A DNA stretch of 63,717 nucleotides, the filler included, from Asterionella formosa (taxonomy: Eukaryota), in the NCBI GenBank assembly GCA_002256025.1. It is 24 parts of 24 records of this genome, joined end to end, with 100 filler letters (N's around TTAATTAATTAA, not from the genome) between each part and the next. Parts side by side here need not be neighbours in the genome. Positions count along the whole stretch, not along the records: positions 36,849 to 55,101 come from NKIB01004135.1; positions 55,202 to 56,332 come from NKIB01004136.1; positions 56,433 to 57,563 come from NKIB01004137.1; positions 57,664 to 58,794 come from NKIB01004139.1; positions 58,895 to 60,025 come from NKIB01004140.1; positions 60,126 to 61,256 come from NKIB01004141.1; positions 61,357 to 62,487 come from NKIB01004142.1; 17 more parts are not named here. One strand, written 5' to 3'. Each line of letters starts with the position of its first letter. The first letter of the stretch is position 1. The position numbers and the translations under genes were made by a program. Below are positions 50,723 through 62,587 of this stretch, piece by piece. Below the pieces are notes generated by a model that saw only the letters and a list, made by a program, of their open reading frames with translations, had not been told where the DNA came from and did not search any database.

Positions 50723-51894
50723 GGGGGGGGGGGGGGGGGCAGGAAAATGAAAAGATTTCCCTTAGTATAAAGGACCTACCGGTACCAAATTTTTATCGGT
50801 TCTAAAGGATGGGCGCATTTTTCTAATATGTATTAATAAGACAATTATTTCCGTCTGGTGAAAAATGAGAGAGTTCTTCACCTCGCAAGAAAAACGCGAC
50901 TTCATGTCGTTGCTATTGGCGATCTCAATTTTCGATCTTGTCATTATTAGTTTTCTTACTTTACTTCTTTTACGATTGTACTATTTTCCATGTCGTTCTG
51001 AATACAGGTAGCAAGTAGCAAAGCGTCATTCCCTATTTTCGCGGAGATAATTCGTATTTTCGTTATGGTCAAGGTTGCGACAACATGATGCAGGATTCTC
51101 CAGCTGCTCACAACCACTACCTTTGCACTCTAGTGTTTAATATGTACAAAGTAGAGTCCAGGACTCTGAATTATACAGTATCTCAAATCAGATCTTGGCA
51201 GCAAGTTTTAGTGCTCTTGTGTTGGCTTTTTTCCGCTGCTATACAATAGTATTGTTTCATTGCTTTCTAATCACAATATTACTTTTGTTACTGCAGCATA
51301 ATCTTCTACAATGACAACGAAAAGTCGTCAATCTCAATGAGCTACTATCGCAAACTCAACAAAGCAGCCAGAACATGATGGAACCGGTGTTCTGCATTAA
51401 CTCGTTTTCAACAAGGAAGAGAGGAAAGGTATGTGTTTGTTGATTTTTTGTTGTCATATTTGATTTCCTGCCATTGTTGAGCATACTAATTTTTATAAAA
51501 TACATTTCTTTCTCTTCAGAGCGTTGATGAAATCACCTGTCATGTTACTTCTCCACTTCCTGACGATGTCAAAAAATCACCACCATCCACTGGTCAAACC
51601 AGCTTGTCCTTGTTATGATCATTTTTGTGTGACTATTTTTCATGCATATACCGGTACCGGTATTTGGCGGTCCATGCATTTTTGATGTGGTATCTATTGC
51701 TTGATTTCTATCTAATTTTTTCCCCATGAAAATTCTTCTCTTGAATTTTCTCAGTGATCCCTGCTCAAACCTAAAACTGGAGTGCCAAAATATCCACTGT
51801 GCGCCTATATTGCCCCTAATTAGAGAAACCAAAAATTACTTAAACACTCACAGTTCTCATCGAAAAGCAAGATGATAGCTAGGGCGGGGATTGC
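49495..51894 (+). mobile_element. Composite non-autonomous element, copy 2
   Basis: GGCAATTCACAACCTAGCTATC at ~49630 and GATAGCTAGGGCGGGGATTGC ending 51894 form imperfect TIRs. Confidence 0.8.
50474..51178 (+). mobile_element. pogo-derived MITE nested in copy 2
   Basis: TIRs CTGTATAATTCAG / CTGAATTATACAG followed by TA; empty site acacTAtctcaaatc at ~47841 in copy 1. Confidence 0.85.
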
Positions 51895-52446
51895 TCAGCA
51901 ATTCTCACTCGAGCTACTGTCTTGCCATTTGGGTACATTTAAGCCAGAATAATGGTAATATAAACAGAAATGGTAAAACTAGTGTTTGAAACACATGAGA
52001 ATAATTGTAACATACAATTTCAATGAAAGTTGAACATGACGTTTGGATCAACTAAAGTATGGCATGCAATGTATTAAGTAGCCTGAAATGAGAAAGAAAT
52101 TTGGGTTAGAAATGAAGCAAAAAATTGGAATCTCAGTGGCGACACGTACATTTTAGTACTTACAAAGGCAATATTGACTCTCCATCACACAATCAAACAG
52201 CGAAATAATACTGAAAAGAAGAATAAAAGCTGAAACCAATTGAGATCTGAATCGCTATGTAGTGTAAATGATCTCGTTGCTGCACCCATGCACATAGCTG
52301 TAGCCTGTCACAAGTACCGGTAGCCGCACTCCTTCCGCCCACAGTTGCTGTTCCTCCCATCGAACAACCCTGATTATTCTATTCCGTTCCATTCTGAGCA
52401 AGAGTGATCGCCAGGCTGCTCAACTATCGACTCCCTCTAGCTGTGC

Positions 52447-52470
52447 ATTGATTGATTGATTGATTGATTG
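52447..52470 (+). repeat. (ATTG)6 microsatellite
   Basis: Direct reading. Confidence 0.9.
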
Positions 52471-54059
52471 TACTACTACCAGCAATTTGTGTAGTTGTTA
52501 ATGCAATGTATGTTTTATTCTTTGGCAATTGATATCAAGGAAAAATGTGAAAGTGTTACTCTAGCAGCATGCTTTTCTTTCTTGTGAAGGAGAAACACCA
52601 ATGGCTGCAATCATAGCTGACTGGGGATGGTGGTGTGTATGTGCTAATGGTTACCAAATGTCTTAATTAGACAAAGTTTGATGCCATCGTCTCATCAGGC
52701 CCTATGATCCGATATTCCTTAAATGCAATTCCATGAACCAAATGTGCTTTTCCAATTGTCATCAATATGGTCCATTTACAAGCAACCTCTAAATTTTCTG
52801 GGGAAAAATTAGGTTGACCCAGGAAGTGTATCCTTTTGTGTTATTTTCTTTGCCCAACATTCTATCCAGAATAATGGCATCACGAGTTCCGGTGACACAG
52901 CCAATCGCATGGTGAGCCCACAAGTCCTACTCAGCTGCAATCGATGCTGAAATGCAGCCAAAACAGTGTACCACTTCACAATATCACCCCATTTGATCCT
53001 GGCAAAAACCAAAAAAATGATTTTCTAGTTGCATTTCACCCTCCTGAACATTATTTACATGTTCGCTTCTCTCTCTCCATAAATCGTCCTGGTCTAGGTT
53101 GATTCTCCATGCGTGACATATTGTTAGTGGAGCAAGTGAACCAGTTTCTCTCTGATTTCATGGATTATAAACCTTGAAATGCTGGTGTGATGCAATATTG
53201 AGCAGCTGACAAGATGGTTCCTTCACTATTTCAAGAGGATGCGTTATACAGTCCAAAGGTTCAGCATTGTCGCTTGATGTCATAATAGCCAAACCTGGTT
53301 TATTGTCACTTTATATGTGCATTGATGGAGGAAAAGAAATGAAGTGTGCCAAGCCATCATTTGAATCTTCGCTTTTCATCATCGGCTCAAAGGCAACTCC
53401 ATTGCGGCCATGCTCATAGACCTTCAGAGTGAATATTGAATTGGTGCCAAGGTAAACTTTCCAGGATAGATAGGGAACAGGAATTCTGAGGTTTTCTTTC
53501 TTCTTGGCTTGGCAAAGGATAACTATCAGAATAGAGGTTCCATATTCAGCACTTCGGATCTCTAAGAGCAAAGGTTCCATTTTTGGTACTTTGGAGGCCA
53601 TATGCCTCTTTCATCAGGACATTCATTCTTGACGCAGTAGTGTAATGAACGATGATTATGATATGATACGTAATTTTTTTGCTGCTTGGTGCTGTGCAAT
53701 GCTGAGCCTTGGCCATGAAATAGCCCATACACACACCATGACACTTACGTAATTTGCATCGAAGTGCATAAATATTGACTCCATCAGGGTGACGACTTTC
53801 TGTGTATAATGCCATGAGAAAACCAAGGAAGAATGGGCATTCGTCTGCTATTTCCCTCAAATGATCCAACCTCACTCCACTCCAAGTTTACCCTAGAAGT
53901 GCTAGGTATACCATGTTAAATTATAAACTGGGAATGAGCTGAAGTTAAGACTTTTGGCCGACATACCGGCCGACTGTCCAAACATATCTACGAAAATCAG
54001 CTCAAGTGTCCAGTAGATGTCTAATGATGGTCCCCAGTGCGTCCTGTTACATTATTGAC

Positions 54060-55101
54060 GAAATTCTACCAAGAAAGTAGTATTTTTCTGTAGGGCTCCG
54101 ATAGTGTTCTACTCTGGACAGGTCAATACTGTCCGGTACCCCTCCCTTGCTTGACCGTGGTGAAAATGTGGTATAGACAAAGGCAAAAATTCTACCCAGA
54201 AGTACTGGGGGTAGAATTTTTTTTCACATTTTGGTAGAATATTCTACCAACGGACCAATGGAACCCTGCAGTATGCCATGGTATTGTCCAGGAAATTCTA
54301 CCACGATACAACATGGTATGAAGTGGGATTGAAGTAAACAATTAAACTAAATATCAACATGGCGACAATGCCAACAAGAAGAGTAAATGAACCTACACAA
54401 TCCCCTGTTTACAAGAGTGTCCTAATTGCTATGATGTCATACAGAGATGGCATAGAATATTCTAAATGCTACGAGTTTAGTCCAGAGGAACTTGGGGAAG
54501 TGACACCTGAGGATGTCTACAAATGGATGGCTATGAAAGTCTATGGCCGTCCTGATCCAAACAATGATGACAATCCAACACATGGCCGGTCTTCTTCCCT
54601 GGAATACTACAAAAAGGCATTGTCGTATTTTATGCCAAATCGACTCTCCACTTGGAATGCTATTATGCACAGTGGCAATCCAACAAGGTCTGTGCCTGTC
54701 AATAATCTCATCAAGGCAGTAAAAAAGAAGGAAGTGCGCAGACAAGGGAAACCATCACAAGCAAGGCGACCCCTAGAATCCCAAGAGTTCTCCAATACAA
54801 TGCATATCCTTCATTCATTCAAGGACAGTATCCATCGGTATCAGTTGCCTGCACTGTGTGCCATTCAATTCCACATGGTCGGCCGAATTGACAATTGTGT
54901 GCAATTAACAAAAATAAACCTTACTGCGAATCTTCGATTTCCTTTCACTCTGATGGCCAAGCTGTGTTGGACAAAAAGCGCTAAAGAAGAGAGGGAGGCA
55001 CCAAACCAGGTACTCATTGCATCCATGTCGCAAGACTATTGCGTTCTCCTTGCCTTGGCTGTTCATCTTGAGACAGAATGTATGGAACAAGGCGCATCAC
55101 C
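54060..55101 (+). mobile_element. CryptonS-type tyrosine-recombinase transposon, 5' part (ORF from 54359, truncated by contig end)
   Basis: RSSSLEYYKKALSYFMP, GNPTRSVPVNNLIKAVKKKEVRRQG.PSQARRPL, QFHMVGRIDN, WTKS; upstream palindromic TTCTACC/GGTAGAA repeats. Confidence 0.8.
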
Positions 55102-55549
55102 NNNNNNNNNNNNNNNNNNNNNNNNNNNNNNNNNNNNNNNNNNNNTTAATTAATTAANNNNNNNNNNNNNNNNNNNNNNNNNNNNNNNNNNNNNNNNNNN
55201 NACGAAACTCGCATATCGCTATCGATTGTTGCTCTTGACAGCGCCAAAATAATCCAACTTTGGTTCTGTCTGAAACCGACAATGAATCATCTTCGTTGGC
55301 TGCTGCTCCTGCTGCTCCTCCTGCTCCTCCTGCTCCTGCTGCTCCTTCCCATGTAGCATCCTGCTTTGACAACAATGGATGACGATATCCTACTGGGATC
55401 GTCAAAGACTCGAAGGACAATATTTTATAGATAGCTGCCGGTATTATTCAAAGGTTTTTGTACTGAAGTTTTTTATTTGTCTACATCAAGAGAGTAAGGT
55501 AAATGTGTATTGTAAGCGTTTGTGGATCAATGAAACAGTTGACGTTATG

Positions 55550-55802
55550 TTGCCGGCGCGAACCACAATCTAAACCAATAGAAATGCTCCTTTTATTTGG
55601 CTACAGTCGGAGTCTAATCGACCAAATACCAGATATTTGGTCGATAAGGGGGTCATCCTCGATCAAGACCAAAGCATATTTGGTCTTGGTCGATGCGGTG
55701 GCTAAAATATTTTTGCTTTTTCGACCAACACAACGCATCATGACGTGTAATGACCCGCAACTTCAATTGGCTTGGTATTTGGTCGATGCGGTGGCGATGC
55801 TC
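55550..55802 (-). mobile_element. Harbinger terminal region, same family as 44109-45924
   Basis: Inverted match to 44130-44280; ends GTGGCGATGCTC|TAA. Confidence 0.85.
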
Positions 55803-56432
55803 TAAGTGTTGCTAAATTCAAAACTAACAGATTTTTCAGTATGGTTTTAAATCCCCAATGGAGCAAAATTTCGAGTCACATACTATAAAACAATGCTGAT
55901 ATGCTACATCTGATTTTAAATCGTACAGGAAAATTGAAAAAATATCAGAAGCATCTCCGCCTGGTGGATGGCATATTAATCTTTGCTCTATGGGGTTTAC
56001 TCATTAATTACATCAATGTGCTGATTGTTTATTATTCATTGTCGACTCCTGGTGGTGGACACATGATGGGATCTGCCTGCCTGTTTCAGATTATGAAATT
56101 TTTGTTCTCATGGAAACTAGATAAGCTCTGTTGCTGCTATTGGGTACTAGAGAAGCTGACTTTCTCTCGGTCCATCTCTCTCATTGGGGCCTGGTCTCTG
56201 TCACCCATCTAAGACGCGAAATACGCCACTTTTCGAAATTTCGTCTACGTATGAGTGTTAATTATGTGGTACTTCACATGCATTAATGCCACTCTTCACG
56301 TAAAAAAGATTACTTTTAACGGTTTCATGTGANNNNNNNNNNNNNNNNNNNNNNNNNNNNNNNNNNNNNNNNNNNNTTAATTAATTAANNNNNNNNNNNN
56401 NNNNNNNNNNNNNNNNNNNNNNNNNNNNNNNN

Positions 56433-57563
56433 TGACAAGCGTCGAGCCTTTGGAGATATGAAAGGAGGCATGATGCGTGCTCACATGATTAGCAAATCAG
56501 CGTCAACTACGAATAGCCTTTATGTACAAAACGGCGTGTTTGATGTCGAACTATCTCTCATCAGTACCGAGACCCTCAAGGGATATACTTCACCCTCTGA
56601 TTTTGCCAACGACCTTACCAATGCTGCGAAATCTTTTGCCAATCAAGCTATTGAAGAAAATGCCAATTACCAGATGATGTCGCACCCGGTATTAGAAGGG
56701 GATGGAATAGTAATGGACAAAGAGGCGGCTTCTCCATCGGCCGGAGGAAAAACTGATTATGGAACAAACAATCAAGAAACAGGAGTCGATGAAGGCGATT
56801 TTGTCAAGTCCGATGGCACACATGTCTACATTGCATACGGCAATGTTGTTGTTGTCTTGGATGCTGTGTCCGGCGTGCAGATCACTAATGTGACAATGCC
56901 TGACATTCCTCCAATTGAAGGCAATACCAATGGTGGACCCAGTGGTATTGATGGTCCCATGTTTGGTAAATCAATGGTATGCTGCTTCCCATTTCAACAA
57001 GAACCCACCATTCGAGCCATGTTCTGGGAATCCGATCGCCTTGTTGTGATCGTTGATGGGTATGGCTACTCAAAGGCTGCGGAATTGAATATGACCAATT
57101 CAGTCCTCTCCAATCTTTTCGGCACTCATGTTCGAGTTTACGATACTTCCACTCTTTCTGCCTCAAACAAAATTACATTGATCAAGAAATTCGACACGAA
57201 TGGTGCATATCAAGATTCAAGAGCGATTGGTGATAACATTCATATAGTCACTACGTCCTATACTGATTCGTGGACATGGGTGAGTGGACCTCTTCTAAGG
57301 TGGAATTTTCCTGCAAATTTGACAGACGAAGAGTATACAACACAGGCCAAAGCTTTAGCTGAAGAGCTGTTTCCGCTGTTTGTCGATCAGCTTATGGCTG
57401 ATGTCAACTTGTTGGGAACTCCGAATCTTGTCAAAGTCAGTGTATGGGATTCCATTTTTAACGGAAATGTGAATACCCTCACTAATGGAGTCTTTCAAGC
57501 ATACATGCAGGTCACTTCCTTTTCTGCAACGGACCCGCAAAATAATTACACCCTGTCAGGTTC
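56433..57563 (+). CDS. Beta-propeller domain protein (Beta_propel-like), partial
   Basis: TDYGTNNQETGVDEGDFVKSDGTHVYIAY, GAYQDSRAIGDNIHIVT; frame open across the contig. Confidence 0.8.
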
Positions 57564-58349
57564 NNNNNNNNNNNNNNNNNNNNNNNNNNNNNNNNNNNNN
57601 NNNNNNNTTAATTAATTAANNNNNNNNNNNNNNNNNNNNNNNNNNNNNNNNNNNNNNNNNNNNCATCACCTCTGCAGTTCGAATTTGCCTTGAACCCCCT
57701 AATAGTCGCTTTGTGACGCTATTATTAAGAAAAGAAGCGACATTACTGTTCTTCGGAAACAAAGGAGCAGGAGAACCATGGTCAGAAAAGAAGAATAGGT
57801 TGTAGCGGACGCTCTTGACTTGACAGTTGGCTCTATAGAAGTCCACCACTGTGCCACTTGGAATGGTGATTCTATTGGGATCATAGGACATTGAAGGGTA
57901 GCACTTGTTCATGTATGTCATCAATGTTCGCGTAGTCAATAGCATGTCGCTTCCAATGTTGAATTTTTGGTTCATGTAGTGAATGAGGAGGTCGGCCGGA
58001 ATCCAGCGCCCACGTAGTGATGACTCCGCCATCACCAAAGAAAAATATCGTCCAAACAACTGAAAGTTTGATGTCATCTGTTTTGCGGTTTGGTTTCCGA
58101 TCAGCGCTATGATCACGGTTCTAATACTATATCGCAAAACACAAGGCACTGAAGGGAAGCAAAGGGAACCAACCGAGCGCAATCAACATGGTGATGGTTG
58201 TAACAACAAGAGATTCATCGCACAAAATATTTAGCTATATTTTTAGAAATAATGGTTTGTACCAGGCCTACTAGAGCTACTATATGTTCTTCGATCATGC
58301 ACCCAGCCATAGTCAAAAAACGTCTTGTTGTTTGTAGTCAAGTTAATTA

Positions 58350-58794
58350 TTTCAAAATCACTTCTTTACCATCGCCTACAACAACGCGTACATTTACTGC
58401 TTTCACATTTGTCATATACTTATTGCACATAGTAATATGACTGGTTGCGCCTGTATCAGCTAACCAACGTTCATTTTCCTCGATTGATGCACAAATTTTA
58501 CTCTCACTGTTTTTGATGCTTGCATGGTGTGCTTGATTGATCTCTTCATCCTCAATTTCAATCGTCACTCCAATAAATGCATATTCTGTTTCTTCGCATG
58601 TAATGTAGACCTTTGTGTCTTCAACATATTCATAGTCAAAAAACGTCTTGTTGTTTGTAGTCAAGTTAATTATTTCAAAATCATCATCTGTATCAGACTT
58701 TTCATCATGGATTTCGATCGTTTCAACAATACCAACAAACATTCCAGTTTCTTTCTTTTCCTTTGTTTTCTTTTCTTCAGGACAATCCTTAGCA
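58350..58794 (-). mobile_element. Copia gag-protease fragment
   Basis: WLADTGATSHIT...VVVGDGKEV protease motif. Confidence 0.85.
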
Positions 58795-58894
58795 NNNNNN
58801 NNNNNNNNNNNNNNNNNNNNNNNNNNNNNNNNNNNNNNTTAATTAATTAANNNNNNNNNNNNNNNNNNNNNNNNNNNNNNNNNNNNNNNNNNNN

Positions 58895-59647
58895 GCCATA
58901 TTCATTTGGTTCTAGCCATTTTTCATAAGTATTTGATTGAGACAGAGTACTAAGCCATGTTTTTCCAAATGCTTCAAAATAGATTACCGCCAAAACATAG
59001 TGTTGGAGCAAGTTGAAATCAATTTCAGGGCTTTGCTGTGGTATTAGCTTCTCTTCTAACCATGACATGGCCCTATATTGAGATGTGCCAGCAGTTTCAA
59101 GTGCTGCACCATCATCAAATGCATTGTCAGCCAAGTAACCAAACAAATTTGAAGAAGGGCTTTGTGATGGAATATCTGTTGGAGTCATTGTTGGAATATT
59201 GCTTGTTGTTGGAGAACCTGTTGGTGCTAATGTGGGGTTAGGGGTTTGTTCAGGTCTTGTGAGCTGAATGGGAGTTGCAATGATTGTGACTAACAAGCCA
59301 ATTACCAAGAAAAGCACCAAGGCCGTCCGCACTTGACGTTTACATTGAGCTTTTTCTTCAGCTTCAATGTCAACAACAGAGGCTCTTGCAAGTTCTGGAT
59401 CAACCACTAGCTCAGCATTGAATAGTGTTGTATGTTCCAGCTGGCCATCGTTGGTGTCAATAGCAACATTGTCATTCACATAAGAATTGTTCTGTGAAGA
59501 TGTCACTAATCCCAGTACTGGAAATGCACCAGGAAGTGTCTGTTGTGGTGGTGGTGGTGGTGGTGCTACAACTTCTTGATTCGGAACTCTTGTTGGTTCC
59601 ATCAAAGACACCTCGCATTTTTTCGCTGCAGTTGTTGCATCGCTCAT
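58895..59647 (-). CDS. Diatom-type single-pass membrane protein of the LRR-associated family (N-terminal part)
   Basis: PGAFPV motif, TM segment, PTxxPT stalk, SQYRAMSWL...LLQHYVLAVIYF cap that usually precedes LRRs; LRRs themselves not visible. Confidence 0.7.
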
Positions 59648-60479
59648 TCTTTAACTCCCATTGTATCTTGTCATGTAGGGTGAGGAAGTGGCGCCATTGC
59701 AGTTGCAACTGGTATTGCAGCGTCGCCACATATCATAGTGTCATGGTATCTGGTAAGTAGAAGTTGCTTTGTTGTTGGGAATGGAAGATTGCCTGCTCGC
59801 TTGTAACATGTTGCCATTGTTTTCGTTTGTGCCGCTGTCCACTCTGTTGACTGTTTGTTCAGAGTTCTGATTGCCGCTGTGTGTGCATCTATTTTCTTAT
59901 ACTCTCGCTCACTCTACACTTCTTCCGCACGCCTCTTCCTTATCAGCTCTTCATCGACCACTTCAAAAGTTACCTCCCTGCAGCAACATGAAGACCGGCT
60001 GTGTATTGTTTAGGTGACCGTTCCANNNNNNNNNNNNNNNNNNNNNNNNNNNNNNNNNNNNNNNNNNNNTTAATTAATTAANNNNNNNNNNNNNNNNNNN
60101 NNNNNNNNNNNNNNNNNNNNNNNNNTGTGTGTTCGTGACAATAAATGTTGACCAACTAGCCATCGTGACAGTATAAAAGCGAAATTATGCTGCTCCGCCG
60201 CAATATTATGCTGCTTTCACCATATAATGAAAGAAAGAGTTGCCAATTCCGATTCACTTATTATTTTTTCCGCTCCGACATATTTCTTTGATCTGAACTG
60301 GCAAAGAATAACACATGCAAGAGGAAGATTCACACTGTAGAATTCAGCACACCACGTAGTAGTAGTAGTTGATGCTGTAAACACATTGTTTAGTGATTGT
60401 TGATTGTAGAGATTACAATAGCCTGCCAGATTAGAGGAAATAAAGCACCGTTGGTACTCGTTGAGCATCGTTTAGCATT

Positions 60480-60768
60480 GCATGTCTCCGTAGCAAATCG
60501 AAATTGAGATGTGCCACAATGGCCTTCTCCGTTTCGGAGCAGCTACAAATAGTCTACAGCGATAACTCTAGCAAGTACAACATAGAAAAAGAAGGAAAGG
60601 ATGAGTAGCTGACAACAAGGAATTGAATCCGTTAATTCGTTAAGAAACAGCTGTTGCATATTTTAACCTTGCATGTCGCCATAGTGAGTCAAAATTGAGA
60701 TGTGCCACAATGGCCTTCTCCGTTTCGGAGCAGCTACAAATAGTCTACAGCAATAACCCTAACAAGTA
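60480..60768 (+). repeat. ~98-bp direct repeat pair
   Basis: aaattgagatgtgccacaatggccttctccgtttcggagcagctacaaatagtctacagc at 60501 and 60692. Confidence 0.9.
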
Positions 60769-61429
60769 TGATATGTTGTTCTTGTATTCACTGTTGAACT
60801 TGTCCGCATCTTTGTTAACATCAATAGAGCAACAAGTGGTTTTCTTTATTGTTATTTGCTCCTGGAAAAGTCGGTGTCCGTGTCATCCTCATCAATAGAG
60901 AGACAAGTTTTTACGCTGGAAAAATTGGAACTCGTGATATCATTATTCGCTCGTTGGAACCACTGTCCGTTGCCTCAAACCTGAATCACGTGTGAGTATG
61001 TGCAATGTGCAATGTCGACTTTTGTACATTACAGGCGGAGTGACGTGTTAGCTACTAAATTGCGTGATATAATAATATACCCTGTAGCATGATGCATAAA
61101 ACAGTTCAAGTAATGTAATTTGGCTTGTCATTTCCATCCGTCATCACTCCGATTTTTGCAACAACAACGAAATACTAGCGATGACAAGCGGAATGAATGT
61201 TTGCGAAAACATCTTCAATGTTTTTGGTCAAGTGATCATTATATCTTCGAGTAATCNNNNNNNNNNNNNNNNNNNNNNNNNNNNNNNNNNNNNNNNNNNN
61301 TTAATTAATTAANNNNNNNNNNNNNNNNNNNNNNNNNNNNNNNNNNNNNNNNNNNNTAATAAGCAAGCAATAGAACACCATATGTCGATGACTGCTGCTA
61401 CTGCAGCGGGACAGTACCGGTAAATGAAT

Positions 61430-61650
61430 TTAAGATCATCGAACTTTAAGGAAGACAACGACAACAGCCGGTCGTGTTGCTGGTCCACTTTTAATGGCCG
61501 AAGAAGGAAGCGACAAAAAGATCACCATTACGAGCGGAACGAGAGAAATCGCTTACGACGCCAAGTCTGGACAATTCTTTGAGACTAACTTGCAGGAAGA
61601 AGAATGCATTCCTGACGAGGAATACTGTGTCGTCGATCCGGAAAGTGGGG
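61430..61650 (+). pseudogene. Second PGRL1-like fragment, interrupted by a Copia LTR
   Basis: Near-identical reverse complement of 3748-3975; homology stops at ggaaagtgggg|TGTTG. Confidence 0.65.
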
Positions 61651-62487
61651 TGTTGTAACAACTACCGTATTCGACCGTATCGTAGGCCTTGAACCTAGTA
61701 CTGTGTTAATCGAATACAGTTGATGAAATTGATAGCAACGAGGAAGTTGTCAAACTTAAACTTTCACTTTACTAACTGGATTGTTTCGAGATAATGGTCT
61801 CGAAACACTCTTATTACTCACACTGCATTTTAACATTTTTTCCTGACCTCTGATTGCTTTTCCTTGCGTTGTGCCTTTTACCACGTCAGCCCAGGTAAAT
61901 CTTGGTAGCGGCTGTACGGTTTTAACTGTAGTACTGTACTCTCTCGTGTCTACTATACCCTTCACTCCTGTCCTGTGGCAGTCAGCTCGAATTTTTTTAA
62001 CACGCTCCTCGGCTGTTGCCAGGGAACTGGCAGTCAGGGTATCGACGTGCGCAGCTCCTAGAAGCACATTTCGGAATGTTCTGAACAGGTTTCCTTGCAG
62101 TGGTTTCGTAAAGAAATCCCCCAACATTTCCAACGTTGGACAATGGCGAATGGTGATTCCTTCATCTACCGATCGATCCTTAATCCAGAAATAGCGGATG
62201 TTGATATGCCGAGACTTTGGCCCTGCCGAAATTCGTCCGTTCTTCTCGAGTTTAATTGCGCTCTCGTTGTCTTGTTCGAAGAAACTTTCTTGAATCTTGT
62301 ATCCCTGTGCTTCAAGAAACATTTTTACCCACAGTGTGTTCGGGAGATAATCGCTGGCGCCCACAAATTCAGCCTCCGTCGAACTCTTTGTGTTCAATTT
62401 CTGCTTGGTCGACTTGCATATGATGCCTCCAGTTCCAAAAGACATCACGCCACCGGTGTGGCTCTTCATGTCAGGGTGCACGGCAAA
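61651..62487 (-). mobile_element. Ty1/Copia 3' end: RNase H, short polypurine tract and 3' LTR (61651-62002)
   Basis: HPDMKSHTGG, KQKLNTKSSTEAE, QDNESAI, HINIRYFWIKD, MLGDFFTKPLQG; GAGGAGCG then TGTT...AACA LTR. Confidence 0.93.
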
Positions 62488-62587
62488 NNNNNNNNNNNNN
62501 NNNNNNNNNNNNNNNNNNNNNNNNNNNNNNNTTAATTAATTAANNNNNNNNNNNNNNNNNNNNNNNNNNNNNNNNNNNNNNNNNNNN

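Noticed and set aside
50662..50745. Poly-C/T/G tracts next to a 10-N gap
   Set aside because: Typical low-quality read tail at a scaffold gap.
57664..58182. 188-aa minus-strand ORF
   Set aside because: Plausibly coding but no recognisable motif; truncated and unassignable without a search.
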